This document shows, in pieces, positions 10,701-24,565 of a stretch of DNA of 46,084 nt. The number at the start of each line of letters is the position of its first letter. The first letter of the stretch is position 1. Under the pieces are notes generated by a model, which saw only the letters and a list, made by a program, of their open reading frames with translations, was not told where the DNA came from and did no database searches. Both the position numbers and the translations under genes were made by a program. Location: NCBI RefSeq assembly GCF_001186125.1, contig NW_014040141.1, positions 1 through 46,084 of the forward strand, in the 5' to 3' direction. The DNA is from Sphaeroforma arctica JP610. Lineage: Eukaryota.

Positions 10701-13223
10701 GTTCTCATGGCTACCATTCCTGTGGTGATTACTGCGTATGAGAGGTAGTTGCTGCTTGTTGGGATAAGGTTGGTGGTTCTGCTGTTCACCACCACCTTTG
10801 GCGCCCTTTCGCTGGTGGTCATTGCCATTTCGATTGCCATTACCACCCTTAGGGCACCCAGCTGCTGGTTAGCCCCTTGGGCATTCACCTTCGTGCTGCG
10901 GCCACCCTTAATTTTGATGTAATCAACCATACAATGCCCAGGACTGCTGAAGCCAAATAAATTTAAAACGCCATGTGCCTCATTCAGCAAACCCCGCCGC
11001 TGACAACACATGCTGCGTGTGTCTAGATATTAGTGAGAATCTACAACCTTGATCTGGTCATTGACTTCCTCAACGACCTTCTCCAATAACGCCGGGTCGG
11101 CAATCGCCTGAGTTGGCAAGATGCCAAGGTTCTACGGCCTGAAGGGTTGAAATTTGCAATTTTATAGGTGCTAAGAACCAAATGTGAAATTTCCGCTGCT
11201 TACTCTGTATAAATTGTGTGCAAGTGAACAGTTTTATGCAACAAACTGAGATTGTGTAATCCATACTAAATTCATTTCAACGCTGTTACAAATAATCTAT
11301 TCATATAAATCAGGTCTCCCGTCGTAGTACTGGCTAAGCTCGCAGCATTTTGACTTTCGGGGCCAGACGGAACCGAGCATATGTTTTGCTGAATACGGCC
11401 GTAGGAAAGAGTCAATGTTAGCATTCTGTGTATATATGCCCATTTACGTTTGGAACTAATGGTATTTACTTTGTACTGCAAACATACACATATACGAATA
11501 TAGTTATCTTATGCACGTAGCATATTCTATTTTCAGTGATTTTCCTAATCTACTGAATTTCTTTAAAACCTAGTCAGACACACGTGTTGGAATTCTCAAA
11601 GTTCGTAAGTATCGGAATTTTTAATGTCCATGTGTCAAAATTCTAAATGTCATAGTTTGTAGTTCTTAGTATCTTTTAAGATTTATCGCTGAGCAATTCC
11701 AATATAGAAACTTATGCACCGTTTTTCAGCATCATGCAGAAGTTTAGGGTATCAAAATATGAAAACTTTTGTCCCCTTTTCAGCAATTTATGTCAAGACT
11801 TGTAGACCTATAAAAGCATGCCACGTGTTGTCACTGAATGAATGCGATACGGAGACGTACGTCCCATTTTCACCAGTATGAAAAACACTTAAAATGTGAT
11901 AGTTTGTCGCTGCTTGATTGCAACAAGGACACTTTTGCCCTGTATGATAACAAATGAATTATAAGCCATCTATACAACAGACTATAAATTCAGATAGTAA
12001 AAAATATAAAACCTCTTGTCTCATGAGGAATACCGTTGAGAAACACATATAAAGGTGTAAAAAAAAATACATTTATTTAATATGTTTAGAACTCTTATCC
12101 ATTCACTTCAATGCTGTTATCTCAATTCACATATAATATCTCTTGAGTTCATAACCCAAAACACAATTTTATTGAAAATTCATTTAAAAAAGAAGGATTG
12201 ATTATTATAATTATTAATAATAATAATAATAAAATGTTAGATGATATAACATGTAAATAGAATATTCTAGGCGGGCATTGAAATATTCGTATTGTTGCTA
12301 ATGAAAATGAGGGTCAATGGTGAGAAAGAAGATATGTCAATATACGTGATACGTTAAAGCATTTATACAAGGTATAAAGCATTTTGTGTCAATACACATA
12401 TACCACCTATCAACGATAGTGATATATAATTCACAAGGGAGTGAACCACCACATACTATGCGTGTACAAGCTGATATACAACAGAACAGAAACACGCTTG
12501 TAATAAGCCCGTGCTACGGAGGAAATACAAATATATACGATAACATATATGTTCGCCTTTTGACAATTTGCAGGGGTCCGAGCAGACCTTTGACTTATGA
12601 CCATATTGTTGATAACACAAATCAGCGCGGGGTAAGGTTTAGGACACAGGGGTTGCGGAGCAGCGTCTATATCGGACCGGAAATTCCAATCAAGATACTA
12701 ACAAGGCATACACTAAATATAAAGACATGTATGAATTATACTTGATACACAAGGGACGACAAGCCTTAAACATGTAAATTTCTTTATGTATTGGTTAAAA
12801 TCTGCATGTAGCATTAGACCCACATAGTTTGACGCTTAGCCACGTATGCATCAAATATATTGATAAAGTGTAAACGCATCGCTCAATTCAAACTATAATT
12901 TAATGCAACAAAATCAACGGGACTCTTTTGATGTTGAATATGTGTATACGGTCTACAAGTAAACAGCAAAAGTGTCTAGACATCTATTCACATGGTAAAA
13001 ATGTGTCTAGATATCTAATCACATGGCTACATAAATTGGCAGACATACAGCATGCTTCGGATGAGCACATGCATATAGGCTGTACACACACGTACATTTC
13101 AAGTACACGGGTATTTTTGAGTAATATATGAGTCGACATACTTTCAATACTTACCGCGCGGATAAAAGATCAATTTTTTTGTAAAAAAGCCTTCATACTA
13201 AATTCTTTATCTGATGTTACTAC

Positions 13224-16200
13224 CTACCTATATACATATCCATCAAACTCTATCTCGGGAAAATCCTCCTCGTCACTTAAACCCTCAGAGGGATCAATTC
13301 TACCTTCCGTCGAATTGTCAGCTGACATCGGACTGCTCTCTGCCAGTGCAACCAGTGTCGCTTCACGTTTTATATTCTTTTCCTTTTTGCTTCTCTTTTG
13401 CTTTTTGCTTTTCTTTCCCCCCCTTTTTTTAGTAGCTCTATCCATGGCCCCATCGACACACTCACTGCTGCTTTCCTTACTTCCAGAATGCTCGCTAGTG
13501 GATGGTGTGTGGCCATTCTTCGCAGCAGTCACTTCATCGCCGACCGTGCCGTTTCCGTCGCTCGTAGTATCAATCTTTCGCTTCCGGCTAGAGATTGATT
13601 TGTTTTCGGTGGTGCTTCCGCTAGTAGCTATTTCGGGTATAATGGTTTTGCTTTTTGTGCGTTTTTCCTGGAAAGAAGCATGCGCACTATCCATATCAAC
13701 GGTTTGCTTGCAAGCGTCTAAATTGGCCGATGCATCGGTAGCTTTATCTTGTGCGTAATCCCTTGCTTTACCCTTGACAACGACAGATGCCCCATTGTAT
13801 TTACTGGTGGCTGCCGTCTGCTTCTGACGCAGCACGTGTATAACACAACTGCCTGCCCCCGTGCGCTGATACTTTGGGGCTAGTTCGGTGGTTGGCACTT
13901 CCGAGCGTGTGAAGTGCTTGGCCGTTGATTCTGTGTAAAACTTTGTTTCCGCCAGGGGATGGTGCACCGGATATCTGAGAGGGTGAACGGCAAGTCACAT
14001 GATAATGTTACTATGGCATCTGACTATGCACACTCGCGCCGTTTACCAGTGGTGACAGATATTGCGCAGGCGCTGCGCAGCATCTGCACTCGAGTACGTT
14101 CCTAGACAGAGGATCGGTACGCTATGACTGACAAAGTGGTTCGCAATATTTATGCATGGTCGACATTGTATGTGCAATGACACATCGGGTGACATGGGCA
14201 AATGTGCGATGGTGTTATATAGAAATGAGCGGATCAATCACCACTCATCGAAGTGAAGCTAAAACCCTAAAATTGTAGCTCGGCATACCAAGCCATGGTA
14301 ATGTGGAAATAGATTGTTGAAAAGGGCCGCAAGCGTTGTTGATGAATCTTAGGGGCAATCCACTGTGATCAAGCACCTTATGACTTCGCACACATACATA
14401 CACTGCGAGTAATACTGAGCATGAGTCAAAGACATCATGTGCGTGCATACCCCTCAGACGACTACGAAGGCTATCAAATGTAAATACAAACTATAAATGT
14501 AGTTCAAATGTGTGCCAACGTACACCTCTGCACTTCAAAGGCATCATGTGTGTGCATACCCCTCCGACGACTACAAAGGCTATCGAATGTAAATGCAAAC
14601 TATAAAGGTGATTCGAATGCGCGGCAACACACACCTCTGCACATTCGCCAGCAGCACGAGCGTATTGGGTCCACTGAGTGCCACCAGTGTCCGCACCAGC
14701 TTGCGCCACTGTTTGGGATCGTTGCCATAGACCACATCACTGGCCAGGATGAGGTCGGGATGGCGGCCAGTGCCATCTGACACGGTGTGCAGAGCTTCTT
14801 TATCACCCCACACCAGTTTCTCCACTCGCGCATCAGTGCAGCCGTTAGATGACATGTTGTCGCGCAACAGTCGCAACACATCGTCGTCTCCTGATGCGTG
14901 GAGAGGTTGGTAGGTTTAAGATAAGAGGAGTGGACGCCAAATACGGATAGCACTGAAGCCGGAGACATATTTGTATAGTTTATGCTTGCTCTTAGGTGTA
15001 ACACAGGCCAAGATGTTACTCCTAAAACCTGAACCCTGAAACAAGAATAGTCCTGAGAATGATACGGTACAATAAATTATGTTTGCTTGTTCGAATTGCA
15101 GCATACCCCCAAAACAAAGTATAAACATACAACTGATACCCACAATGTCTCTGATGTCGTGTTATATATCACAGGAACAAAGAATAAATATACAACTGAT
15201 ACCCACAAGGTCTCTGATGTTGTGAAAGTATATCACAGTGACATATTCTGTACCACCTACCGTCAGTTGCCACCATTCGGATCCCTAGGTTAGACGCGAC
15301 TATAGATGGCAGCCCAAGACCTGCGCCAATCTCTACACCTGTCCTGCCCTGCCACACCACCGCACCGCCACTGGAATTGGAGTGCTCCGCGTCTGCGTTC
15401 CCCTCCACACCCTGACACGTCTTGCCATCCACGCGCATCTCACGCGCACTCCCATCCCACGCACCCTGCAGAGCGCACCGCAGTGCCGGTGAGGCCAGCG
15501 GATGGGCCACACGAGACAGCCACTCGGCCAACACGTGGCTGCCCTCCCACAGCGTCACGCCTGTGTTGCCTCTGCCATGGCCTCCGCAGTTGTTGTCCAC
15601 GCGAGTGCGCACAGACCCTTCGTGGTCCTTGGGCGTCTCACTGGTCAGTGTGATGGTGTTGCCCAGAGCCGGGAATTCGTACTCAATTGTGCGCTTGGAA
15701 GTCACGGCCGTTGTTAATTCAGAGTCTGCACCTCCCATGCGCTCATAAGCGCCTACATACAATCCATAAGGCCATGTGGTGAGTAAACGAACACGTGACC
15801 ATAAGCAGCGCAAGCAGCCAAGACGACATACATAACAGAGTTCCATAGCTTCCTTGCTGATTAAGTGTCCTTGAAAACAAGTCAATAGAGATTAAACGCT
15901 CACAAGCACGGGTGAAACGCCGTACATTCTACACACACTGATGTTCTGGATTTGGTTCATGTGTGCATGAAGGGGATAAAACGGTTCCGCGATAAGGTAC
16001 CTCTGTATTATATATATATAAAAATACAATAGTACGCACATCTACAGAGCAAGCTGATACATAAGCCTACTGCATAACTATGGCAGCCGACCTTACAACG
16101 CCAACACACCACAAGCAAAATATACATCAACACACCACAAGCAAGATATACACCCCATAATCCTCTCAAAGAGTCAACACGAGTTATTCTTCCAAAAAAT

Positions 16201-19200
16201 CAGCAATATATACATCAACACACCACAAGCAAGATACACACCCCTATATTTTCTCAAAGAGTCAACACGAGTTATTCTTCCAAACAACAACAAAAAACAA
16301 CAACAATGAGTTGCATAGAATACACGGAACCATTTGACACACATTAGACTTCTAGCACTCACCGAGGAATTTCAGAAGCTCCTGTGAATTGAATGCACTG
16401 AGGCGGTCCCGGGCGGCTTTGCTGATGCGTGCCACCAGTTGCGGGTGGCCGTCAGCCGTCAGCCCCAGCTCACACAGCGCCCACGTGGTGTTGGTTAAGT
16501 CGCGCGGGTTGTAGTCCTGCAGCAGACACGCGGTCACGCGCACTGCTTCGGCGATGAAGGTTTGGTCTCTGATGTTCAGCACCGCAAAGGCGAACAGCAA
16601 CATGGTCAGGTGCTGTGGCGTGTACTCGCTCGCGTTGTCCCTTTTCCCTTTTTTGAACTTTGGCTCATAATCCGCATCTACGGTCACGCGCTTCAACTGC
16701 CTCACACCCACACTCGACAGCACTTTAAACAGGTGCGGCGCGCGCACATCCAGCTTTGCGTACGCCCATGCCAGAAAGGCCACGTCTCGCGGTTCCTTAT
16801 CAAAGTCACTGGTGCATGTCACTGCCCGTTCCGCAAAGACTGTCATCATGCGGTCGTTCTTCAGACCAACCTTTGCCATCGCATGCGTCGCCGTCGCCAT
16901 CTGCTGGGCCGTGGCTGTGTCAGCTTTCTGGGCTGCGCAAGTGGCCAGCGTATTGAACACACTGTGATTGGCACAGGTGAGCGTCATGAACGCCCAAAGC
17001 ACCATTGACAGTTCCTGCGAATTCATGCGCGCGCTGACGGCCTCGCACGCGCTTTCCAGCGTAGCCATCAGCGGCGCATTGGCGCTTAAGCCCAGCTTAG
17101 CAGCAGCCCACGTGACATTGGTGATCTGCTGGGCCGTGAAGGCATTGGCCGCCACCCACTGCGTGTCGTGGATGAGGCGTGTGGTAAGGTGGCTGATGCC
17201 TTCGCTGCACTGTGTTGTTGCGTCAGTGTGCTCCTGCAGCTTTGCAAATCCATAGAGCGTGTTGGCACACTCCTGTGCATTGAACAGCTGCGCGCGTTCT
17301 GCCACGGCAGAGGACAGCGCCGGCAGCACATCAGTCACCGCTGCCGTAGTGCGCACGCCCCATTCGCCAAACGACGCCAAACTCCACACCACATTACTCA
17401 CTCCCTGCGGCGTCCACCCACTGCGGAAGTCTGTGCCTTTGTCCCTTCGCAAAGACGTGGCAATGTGCTTCGCTAAGCCTTGCACCAGGCCCGTTCGTTG
17501 CGCAGTGGTCTTGGCCATGCCCCACAGCATGTTGCTGAGCTCCTGCGGTTTGAACTCCTCAAAGTGCTGCAGAGCCGCGTGTTGCACACTCTCCTCGAGC
17601 GGTTCATTTCTGATTCCTAATTTGCCGCATGCCCAGAGCAGCCCCGACAACTGCAAAAGAAGGGCAAAAAACTGTGTTAAGGTTTTGAGATGGACGATAA
17701 TGCTGACTGACTACGTGGCGTTTCCATGGCAATATCAATTCTACTAAAATCCGCTGGTCAAATTCCGCCTCAACACGGCGCTGCCTTGGGCGCGTGCTAT
17801 GTTACGTTCAGCACATGCAGCATCCACTCCTTTGTAGCCTCAAGTACGCGATGTCAATGCTGGCTGTGAAACTTAGTCATAGAGCGAGGTGGCAATAGCA
17901 GCAACCACTGACATGATCACAGACTAATTAGGTTTGCATACAGAGGAAAAAACCCTCAAGATCTTAGATTTGAAATTTTTGCGTATTACTTCCGCTGATA
18001 CAATATAAATACGTAATACATGCATATGAGTACGAAATGCATGCATATGGGTACATAATACATGCATATGAGTACATAATATATGCATATGAGTACGTAA
18101 TGCATGATTATGAGTACATAATACATGCATAAGGGTACATAATACATGCATACGAGTATAAACACTTGTACATGACCACATAATATACGCATATGAGTAT
18201 ACAATACATGAATATGACTACATAATACATGCATATGAGTACATAATACATGCATATTAGTACACAATACATGCATATGGGTGCGTAATGCATGCATATG
18301 AGTACGTAATGCATGCATATAAGTACATAATACATGTATATGAGTACATGATACATGTATATTAGTATATCATATATACATATGAGTACATAATACACGC
18401 ACGTGACTACATATTACATGCACATGAGTACATACATAATACATGCGTATGAGTACATAACACATGCATATGACCACATAATACACGCATATGAGTATAT
18501 AATACAAGCATATGTGTATATAATACAAGCATATGTGTATATAATACATGCACATGACTACATAATACATGCATATGAGTACATAATGCATGCAAATGAG
18601 TACATAATGCATGCATATGAGCATAATACATGCACATGAGTACATAATACATATATATGAGTACATAGTACATGTATATGAGTAAGTAATGCATGTATAC
18701 GAGTACATATTATATACACATGAGTACATAATACATACATATGAGTACATAATACATGGATATGAGTACGTAATACATGCATATTAGTACATAATACATG
18801 GTTATGAGTACGTAATGCATGCATATGAGTACAGAATACATGGATATGAGTACGTAATCCATGTACACGAGTATATATTACATACACATGAGTACATAAT
18901 ACATACATACGAGTACATAATACATGCATATGAGTACAAAATAAATGCATGAGCACATAATACATGCAAATGACTACATAATACATGCATATGAGTACAT
19001 AATACATGCATATGAGTACGTAATGCATGCATATGAGTACATAACACATGCAAATGTCTACATAATATATGCATATGAGTACATAATGCATGCAAATGAG
19101 TACGTAATGCATGCATATGACTACGTAATGCATGATTATGAGTTCATAATACATGCATATGAATACATAATACATGCATATTAGTACGTAATACATGCAT

Positions 19201-19912
19201 ATGGGTACGTAATGCATGAATATGAGTACGAAATGCATGCATATGAGTACATAATACATGTATATGAGTACATGATACATGTATAGTAGTACATAATATA
19301 TGCATATGAGTACATAATACATGCACACGACTACATAATACATGCACATGAGTACATAATGCATGCATATGAGTACATAATACATGCACATGACTACATA
19401 ATACATGCATATGAGTACATAATACATGCATATGGGTACGTAATGCATGCATATGGGTACATAATACATGCATATGAGTACGTAATGCATGCATATGGGT
19501 AGATAATACATGCATATGAGTACGTAATGCAGGCATATGAGTACATAATACATGCATATGAGTACGGCATGCATGCATATGAGTACATAATACATGTATT
19601 TGAGTACATAATACATGCATATGAGTTCAGAATACATAGAAATTATTAGCTGATCCAATGCATGTATGTATCAGATATAAGAATACGATGTTGCAAAGCA
19701 GCAAGCTAGTACTAAGCTTAAACTATATGAGAACAGTTGTACCATACAGGCAGATAGATCACATATACTAATGTGAAGCGAATGAAAGCATGGAATACAA
19801 TTTCATCGTATATACACTACACACACACCCATGAGATTATACTATATCAATGATACCAGTTTACTTTTACGCATCCCCATTCGTGCATCATATTAAAACA
19901 TAGTACACACAC

Positions 19913-19982
<70 letters not shown>

Positions 19983-20515
19983 GTACTGCAGTGGCTAGCT
20001 CTACACACCTGCCTAGCCTCGCAGTCCTGCGGGTTGGTTTGGATGTGATGCGCTGCTTTGAGAAGTAGCGGCTGCACATCATATGAACTGTTGGCGTTGA
20101 AGTCGCGCGCTTTAGCCAGTCTCTGCAACGCAGTGGCACAGTTGATGAGGTTGAAGTCATCTAATGAGCTGTTGATTACACCGAATATGCTGCGAGCGTC
20201 GTTCAATGTGGCGAGGCTTTTGTTGTAGCCCATCTGTGACTTCGACACCGATCCTCCGGATTTACGCGGAGCAACGTTGCCATGACGACCCGTTCTCGCG
20301 TTCCCATGGTGTACCCCATTGTGATTCGCTCCGCCCTGTGCACCCCGATGCGACCCAATATGTTGCGAGTTCATGTGATGTGCACTGTTGTGTTGTGTAC
20401 CTTGCAATGTAGCTTTGCTTTCTGTATTTGTCTGAGGCGGTTTATTGTGTGTGTTATTCGCTCGACCTTTGTTAGGACCACCACGCGTTCGTGGCACGAT
20501 GCTTTTGCGACCCAT
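13224..20515 (-). CDS. Five-exon gene, about 1097 aa: FASTK/RAP-family-like helical repeats fused to a family-16 (METTL21-like) SAM-dependent methyltransferase with a Lys/acidic tail
   Basis: Exons 20515-20009, 17650-16363, 15752-15261, 14890-14635, 13974-13224. All introns are GT-AG with matching phases 0,1,1,2 and give seamless joins (CEARQ|LSGLLWA, KFLG|AYE, ATDG|DDDVL, VQR|YPV). Repeats of F-x-P-Q-E-L-S-N-x-L-W-A. MTase motifs GVTLWEGS, VEIGAGLG, ATDG, LVWG, DLILASDVVY. A further exon from a donor near 13227 cannot be excluded. Confidence 0.8.
14433..14646. repeat. About 110-bp tandem duplication in intron 4, including a copy of the exon-4 donor region
   Basis: catcatgtg.gtgcatacccctc.gacgactac..aggctatc.aatgtaaat.caaactataaa occurs at about 14433 and 14543; acacctctgcac occurs at about 14522 and 14631. 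Confidence 0.7.
16103..16285. repeat. About 90-bp tandem duplication in intron 2
   Basis: tatacatcaacacaccacaagcaagata..caccc....ctcaaagagtcaacacgagttattcttccaaa occurs twice. Confidence 0.75.
18010..19640. repeat. 21-bp minisatellite of about 1.6 kb in intron 1
   Basis: Consensus gagtacataatacatgcatat, roughly 75-80 degenerate units. Confidence 0.95.
19905..19979. repeat. (CA)n(TA)n microsatellite
   Basis: Read directly from the sequence. Confidence 0.95.
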
Positions 20516-21035
20516 CGCCAAAGTGATGATAAAAAATGGCGAGTTCTCGCTGGCAAACTGCTGCTATTACCAAAACGTTCGCATGCTAATACACATGTCT
20601 CACGCATATACACCTAACACCACTGCTACACTGCAACGCACTCTCGTGTGACACTCTGTAGCTTTATATTAGTTATAGTATTTAAATATGTCAGCCTATT
20701 CAACGCGAGGTGCACGTGCAATCTCTGTCATCGAGTGCGCCAAAATAATCACTTGCCTAATCTGGACATTCTCGACATCATCGCCTATTTTCAAGTATGT
20801 TTCCCCAAAAGGCCCAGAGTCCCAGACTCCCAGAGAGAGGAAGATCCGTAAATACACTTGTCATAATATTTTAAAATACATCTGTAGTCACCAAGCACTT
20901 GCGCAGAAGATAGAATATAAAGGTAAACGTACAGGTAAATGCACGCAAGTGATCCTACAAACACACACAAGTGTCACAAGTCATCATACAAATACACACA
21001 AGTGATCGTGGCTTATTCGCAATCACCCGTTCACA

Positions 21036-21692
21036 ATGGCACGAACTCTTGTGACACAGGCCTTTAGGCTTAGTATAGGTTTACCCTCTACCCCATGGAA
21101 TCACACTCGGTACAGTGTATTTACAAGGCTCAGTGCGGCACAGGCACATTCTGGCCGCACACTCACCTCCTGTGCACACACCCCGTCAAACAATGAAACA
21201 GACGAGTTCACACGACACAGCAAACACTACACAGTACGAGCCATTGGGCGCAAGAGTGCGTGTGAGATCACCTGCAACACAGGCCACACACTGGCCACCG
21301 ACGTCCCAAAGACAATGGGCGGGTCCGATGCCGCACCCCAACCGGTCGAGCACTTACTGGCAGCACTGTGTGGGTGCGCACAGGCCACGGCGACTTTCGT
21401 GTCACGCATGATGACGCCCAGAGTGGCCATTGACCGCATTGAGTTCAATGTGCGTGCCACGAGAGACAGCAGGGGGGCCCTTCAGCTGCCCATTGACGCT
21501 GTGCCCGATGTGCCGTCGCGTTTGCACACAGTGGAAGGGACGGCAACGGTGGTCATGGCTCAGGGGAAGGCAATGACAGCGCGGCAGTTGCAAATTTTTG
21601 GTACTCAGGTGGAGGCTAGATGTCCTGTGGCCAATATGCTGCAGGCCAGTGGCTGTCGCTTACGATTCGAGTGGGTGGCAGAGAGTGCCTGA
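21036..21692 (+). CDS. OsmC/Ohr-family protein with a probable N-terminal mitochondrial presequence
   Basis: Intronless 218-aa ORF with D-x-P-x-x-x-GG...P-x-E-x-LLAAL-x-GC and a second Cys in ARCPVANML. The first ~50 aa are R/S/T-rich and lack acidic residues. Confidence 0.88.
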   Translation: MARTLVTQAFRLSIGLPSTPWNHTRYSVFTRLSAAQAHSGRTLTSCAHTPSNNETDEFTRHSKHYTVRAIGRKSACEITCNTGHTLATDVPKTMGGSDAAPQPVEHLLAALCGCAQATATFVSRMMTPRVAIDRIEFNVRATRDSRGALQLPIDAVPDVPSRLHTVEGTATVVMAQGKAMTARQLQIFGTQVEARCPVANMLQASGCRLRFEWVAESA

Positions 21693-21999
21693 ATGGTCGC
21701 ACCTTTGAATGCACTGAATGGGGTGGCGTGACGTTATAATGACATGTGGCTGTTTGTTCTCATTCGATTGCAAGGGCGTGCGAAATATAGCGTTAGAGTC
21801 TTGAGTCTCATTTATATTTGGCATCACTCGTGCCCGGGCCCTATTGGCCGAGTGCCTGACCTCACTACGAGAACCATAGCACTAGAGATATTCAACCGCA
21901 GCTACTGTGTGTTGCCTTTCCGGGGCAAAATGCACAATGGCGTGCACGTGCAACTCTTGTACTTTCGGCAGTTGTTGCTTGCGTAGTGGTAGTTGTTAG

Positions 22000-22093
22000 T
22001 GTAACATCTGATGATCTGCCTGTGTAACATCTAATGGTCTGCCTGTGTAACATCTAATTAATCTGCCTGTGTAAAATCGAATGATCTGCCTGT
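22000..22093. repeat. 23-bp tandem repeat, 4 units
   Basis: tgtaacatctgatgatctgcctg units. Confidence 0.85.
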
Positions 22094-22872
22094 GGTGATG
22101 TGCAGACAGGTGCCACTGCGGTTCTGAGTGTTGCAGGAACGAAAGCACCTGCACCAGATGTCATTCCTATCGAACCAATGCGCTGTGTTTGGATTAACTT
22201 TGTCAGTAACTTCTATCGACATCCATGGGCTGGAGCTGCTCTATCGAGGTGCCCATAAAGGTAAATCAAATATATGTTAGAAGGCAGGCACAGCACCCCA
22301 GGTGTATCTGTCCATACGCCTAGTTAGACGGTTTAGCGTTGGAGCTGTACAATTGCACAGAGAGGACAATCTAAGAATCAATCGAACGACATGTCACCTC
22401 AGTGCGATGTGTTCAATAAAGTGCCCACAAGTCAGTACCCTCATCTTCCACTGCGTGTTTATTTTTTATACGTGCATATAACTACCCTCCTGACTTGTTC
22501 GCATGTGATTTTCACGTCTAGATATTCATATATATATGTACGACGGATGTATGTCTACAAGTATATGAACATAACGCATAAGCAACGATGTGCTCGTGTT
22601 TATCTTAATATGTGAGCACAAGGTTTTGATTCTTCAGAGTCTTCAGTGTGTAAGGCCACAACTGATCACGAACAAAACAAGGACTTGACCAAACTATTGT
22701 GTATAGGTGTATAGATATATATATATACTACAGGTGTGGTACGACAACATGTATGTAGCTGAATGACGATACGAATTTTGATATTGACTCATACTGTGGA
22801 GTGATTGATTGAAAAGGTTGTTGTTGCTGCCCATGACAAGATTCAATAAAGTACAGTTTTATGCAATAGATG

Positions 22873-22972
22873 TATAGATAACCAATAAATACATAGATAA
22901 TCAATACATACATAGATAACCAATACTTATATAGATAACCAATACATACATAGATAACCAATACATACATAG
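22873..22972. repeat. 19-bp tandem repeat, about 5 units
   Basis: atagataaccaatacatac units. Confidence 0.85.
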
Positions 22973-23071
22973 CTAAAAAACCTATATATGCCAGAGGTGG
23001 CATATCCCCTGAATGCGAGAACGGTGGATATCTGTAGCAACGATGTACTAGTGCGAGACTACAATCTATGT

Positions 23072-23357
23072 AGCACAGTATGCATACGCACTATATGACA
23101 TAGTATGCATACCTACTATCTAACACATAGTATGCATACCTACTATATAACACATAGTATGCATACCTACTATATAGCACAGTATGTACACCTACTATAT
23201 AACACATAGTATGCATACGCACTATATAGCATATAGTATGCATACCTACTATATAACATATAGTATGTATACCTACTATATGACACATAGTATGCATACC
23301 TACTATATAACACATAGTATGTATACCTACTATATAGCACAAGGTATGCATACGCAC
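23072..23357. repeat. 27-bp minisatellite, about 10 units
   Basis: ctatataacacatagtatgcataccta units. Confidence 0.9.
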
Positions 23358-24027
23358 ATAGCTAGGTGTACCAACGATGTAACATCGCTACATTGGGATA
23401 TCCTCTGCCCCTCGAGTGGAGTGACCGATAACGGCAGTAGAATTGGTCGTCACGCGCACTATTTGATTGCAGGATGAGAGTCAGCTATTATGCTGCAAAG
23501 GACATCGCGCCACCGTCGTAACGCGCTTTCGAGATCACCGATTGGTATTTGCATCACCGTATCCGAATGAATCAGTTTTTAGGCACATGGAAACATGGTA
23601 TGACTTCACAAACGTGTAAAACGCTAACTATCATCTTCAATATCAACTAAGAACGATCAAATCACCTAAGCTACACGTGCTTGTGCTTGTAACATACATT
23701 CGTTGGCTCAGGTCCATCTATCTGATTGCTTGTCCTCCGTTTATTATCTTACTTTAAACACCGGCTAATATACATACGATTGACGAATGAATTTCAGTAT
23801 GCTATATTGGTCATACAAAGTCAATTTAACAGGGATCGAAAACGTCGTATCGACAAAATCCGGAGCTGAACGCAAACAAGTGAGAACCAATCGAGCAGAT
23901 ATCAGCAATGCGAGTAAGCGGTACCACTTGACCTCGGCCTCTCTGTCAGACACTCACATTAATACTTTTGATAACATTTCAACCACATCTGACATAGAGC
24001 GTACATGCATCATGGCCAACTACCCAA

Positions 24028-24565
24028 TCAAGTCAAGTACTATTATAAACAAGTCAAGTCAAGCACAAATATAAACCCAAATTATATAAACCCATGATAT
24101 ATAAACCCATGATTACAACCACTCGTACTAACATTCTATCTCAAGAACCCCATGCACTATGATGACCAAATACTCAAGCACTAATAAAAACAAGTCTCGT
24201 CAAACACAAATATATCCCAAATTATATAAACCCTTGGTATTTAAACCCGTGATATACAACCACTCGTAATGAATTCTATCGCAAGCACCCCATGCACTCT
24301 ATCATGACCAACTACTCAATCAAGTCAATTGCTAAAATAAACAAGTCGAGTCAAGCACTAATATACACCCAAGTTATATAAACCCATGATATACAACCAC
24401 TCGTAATGAATTCTATCTCAAGAACTTCATGCACTCTATCATGTTCAACTACTCAATCAAGTCAAGTGCTAATTTAAACAAGTCAAGTCAAGAACTAATA
24501 TAAACCCAAATTATATAAACCCATGATATAAAAACCCATGATATACAACCACTCGTACTAACATT
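24028..24565. repeat. About 140-bp tandem repeat, 4 units
   Basis: The anchor aaccactcgta recurs at about 24117, 24258, 24395 and 24547, with caagtcaagtcaag and tataaaccc subrepeats. Confidence 0.85.

Noticed and set aside
11000..13100. Short ORFs and a possible LTR or TE remnant
   Set aside because: No recognisable motifs and no matching repeat within the window.
17924..19658. Many overlapping ORFs up to 366 aa (MHVLCTH and MYYVLIC repeats)
   Set aside because: These are translations of the 21-bp minisatellite, which lies inside a phase-consistent intron.
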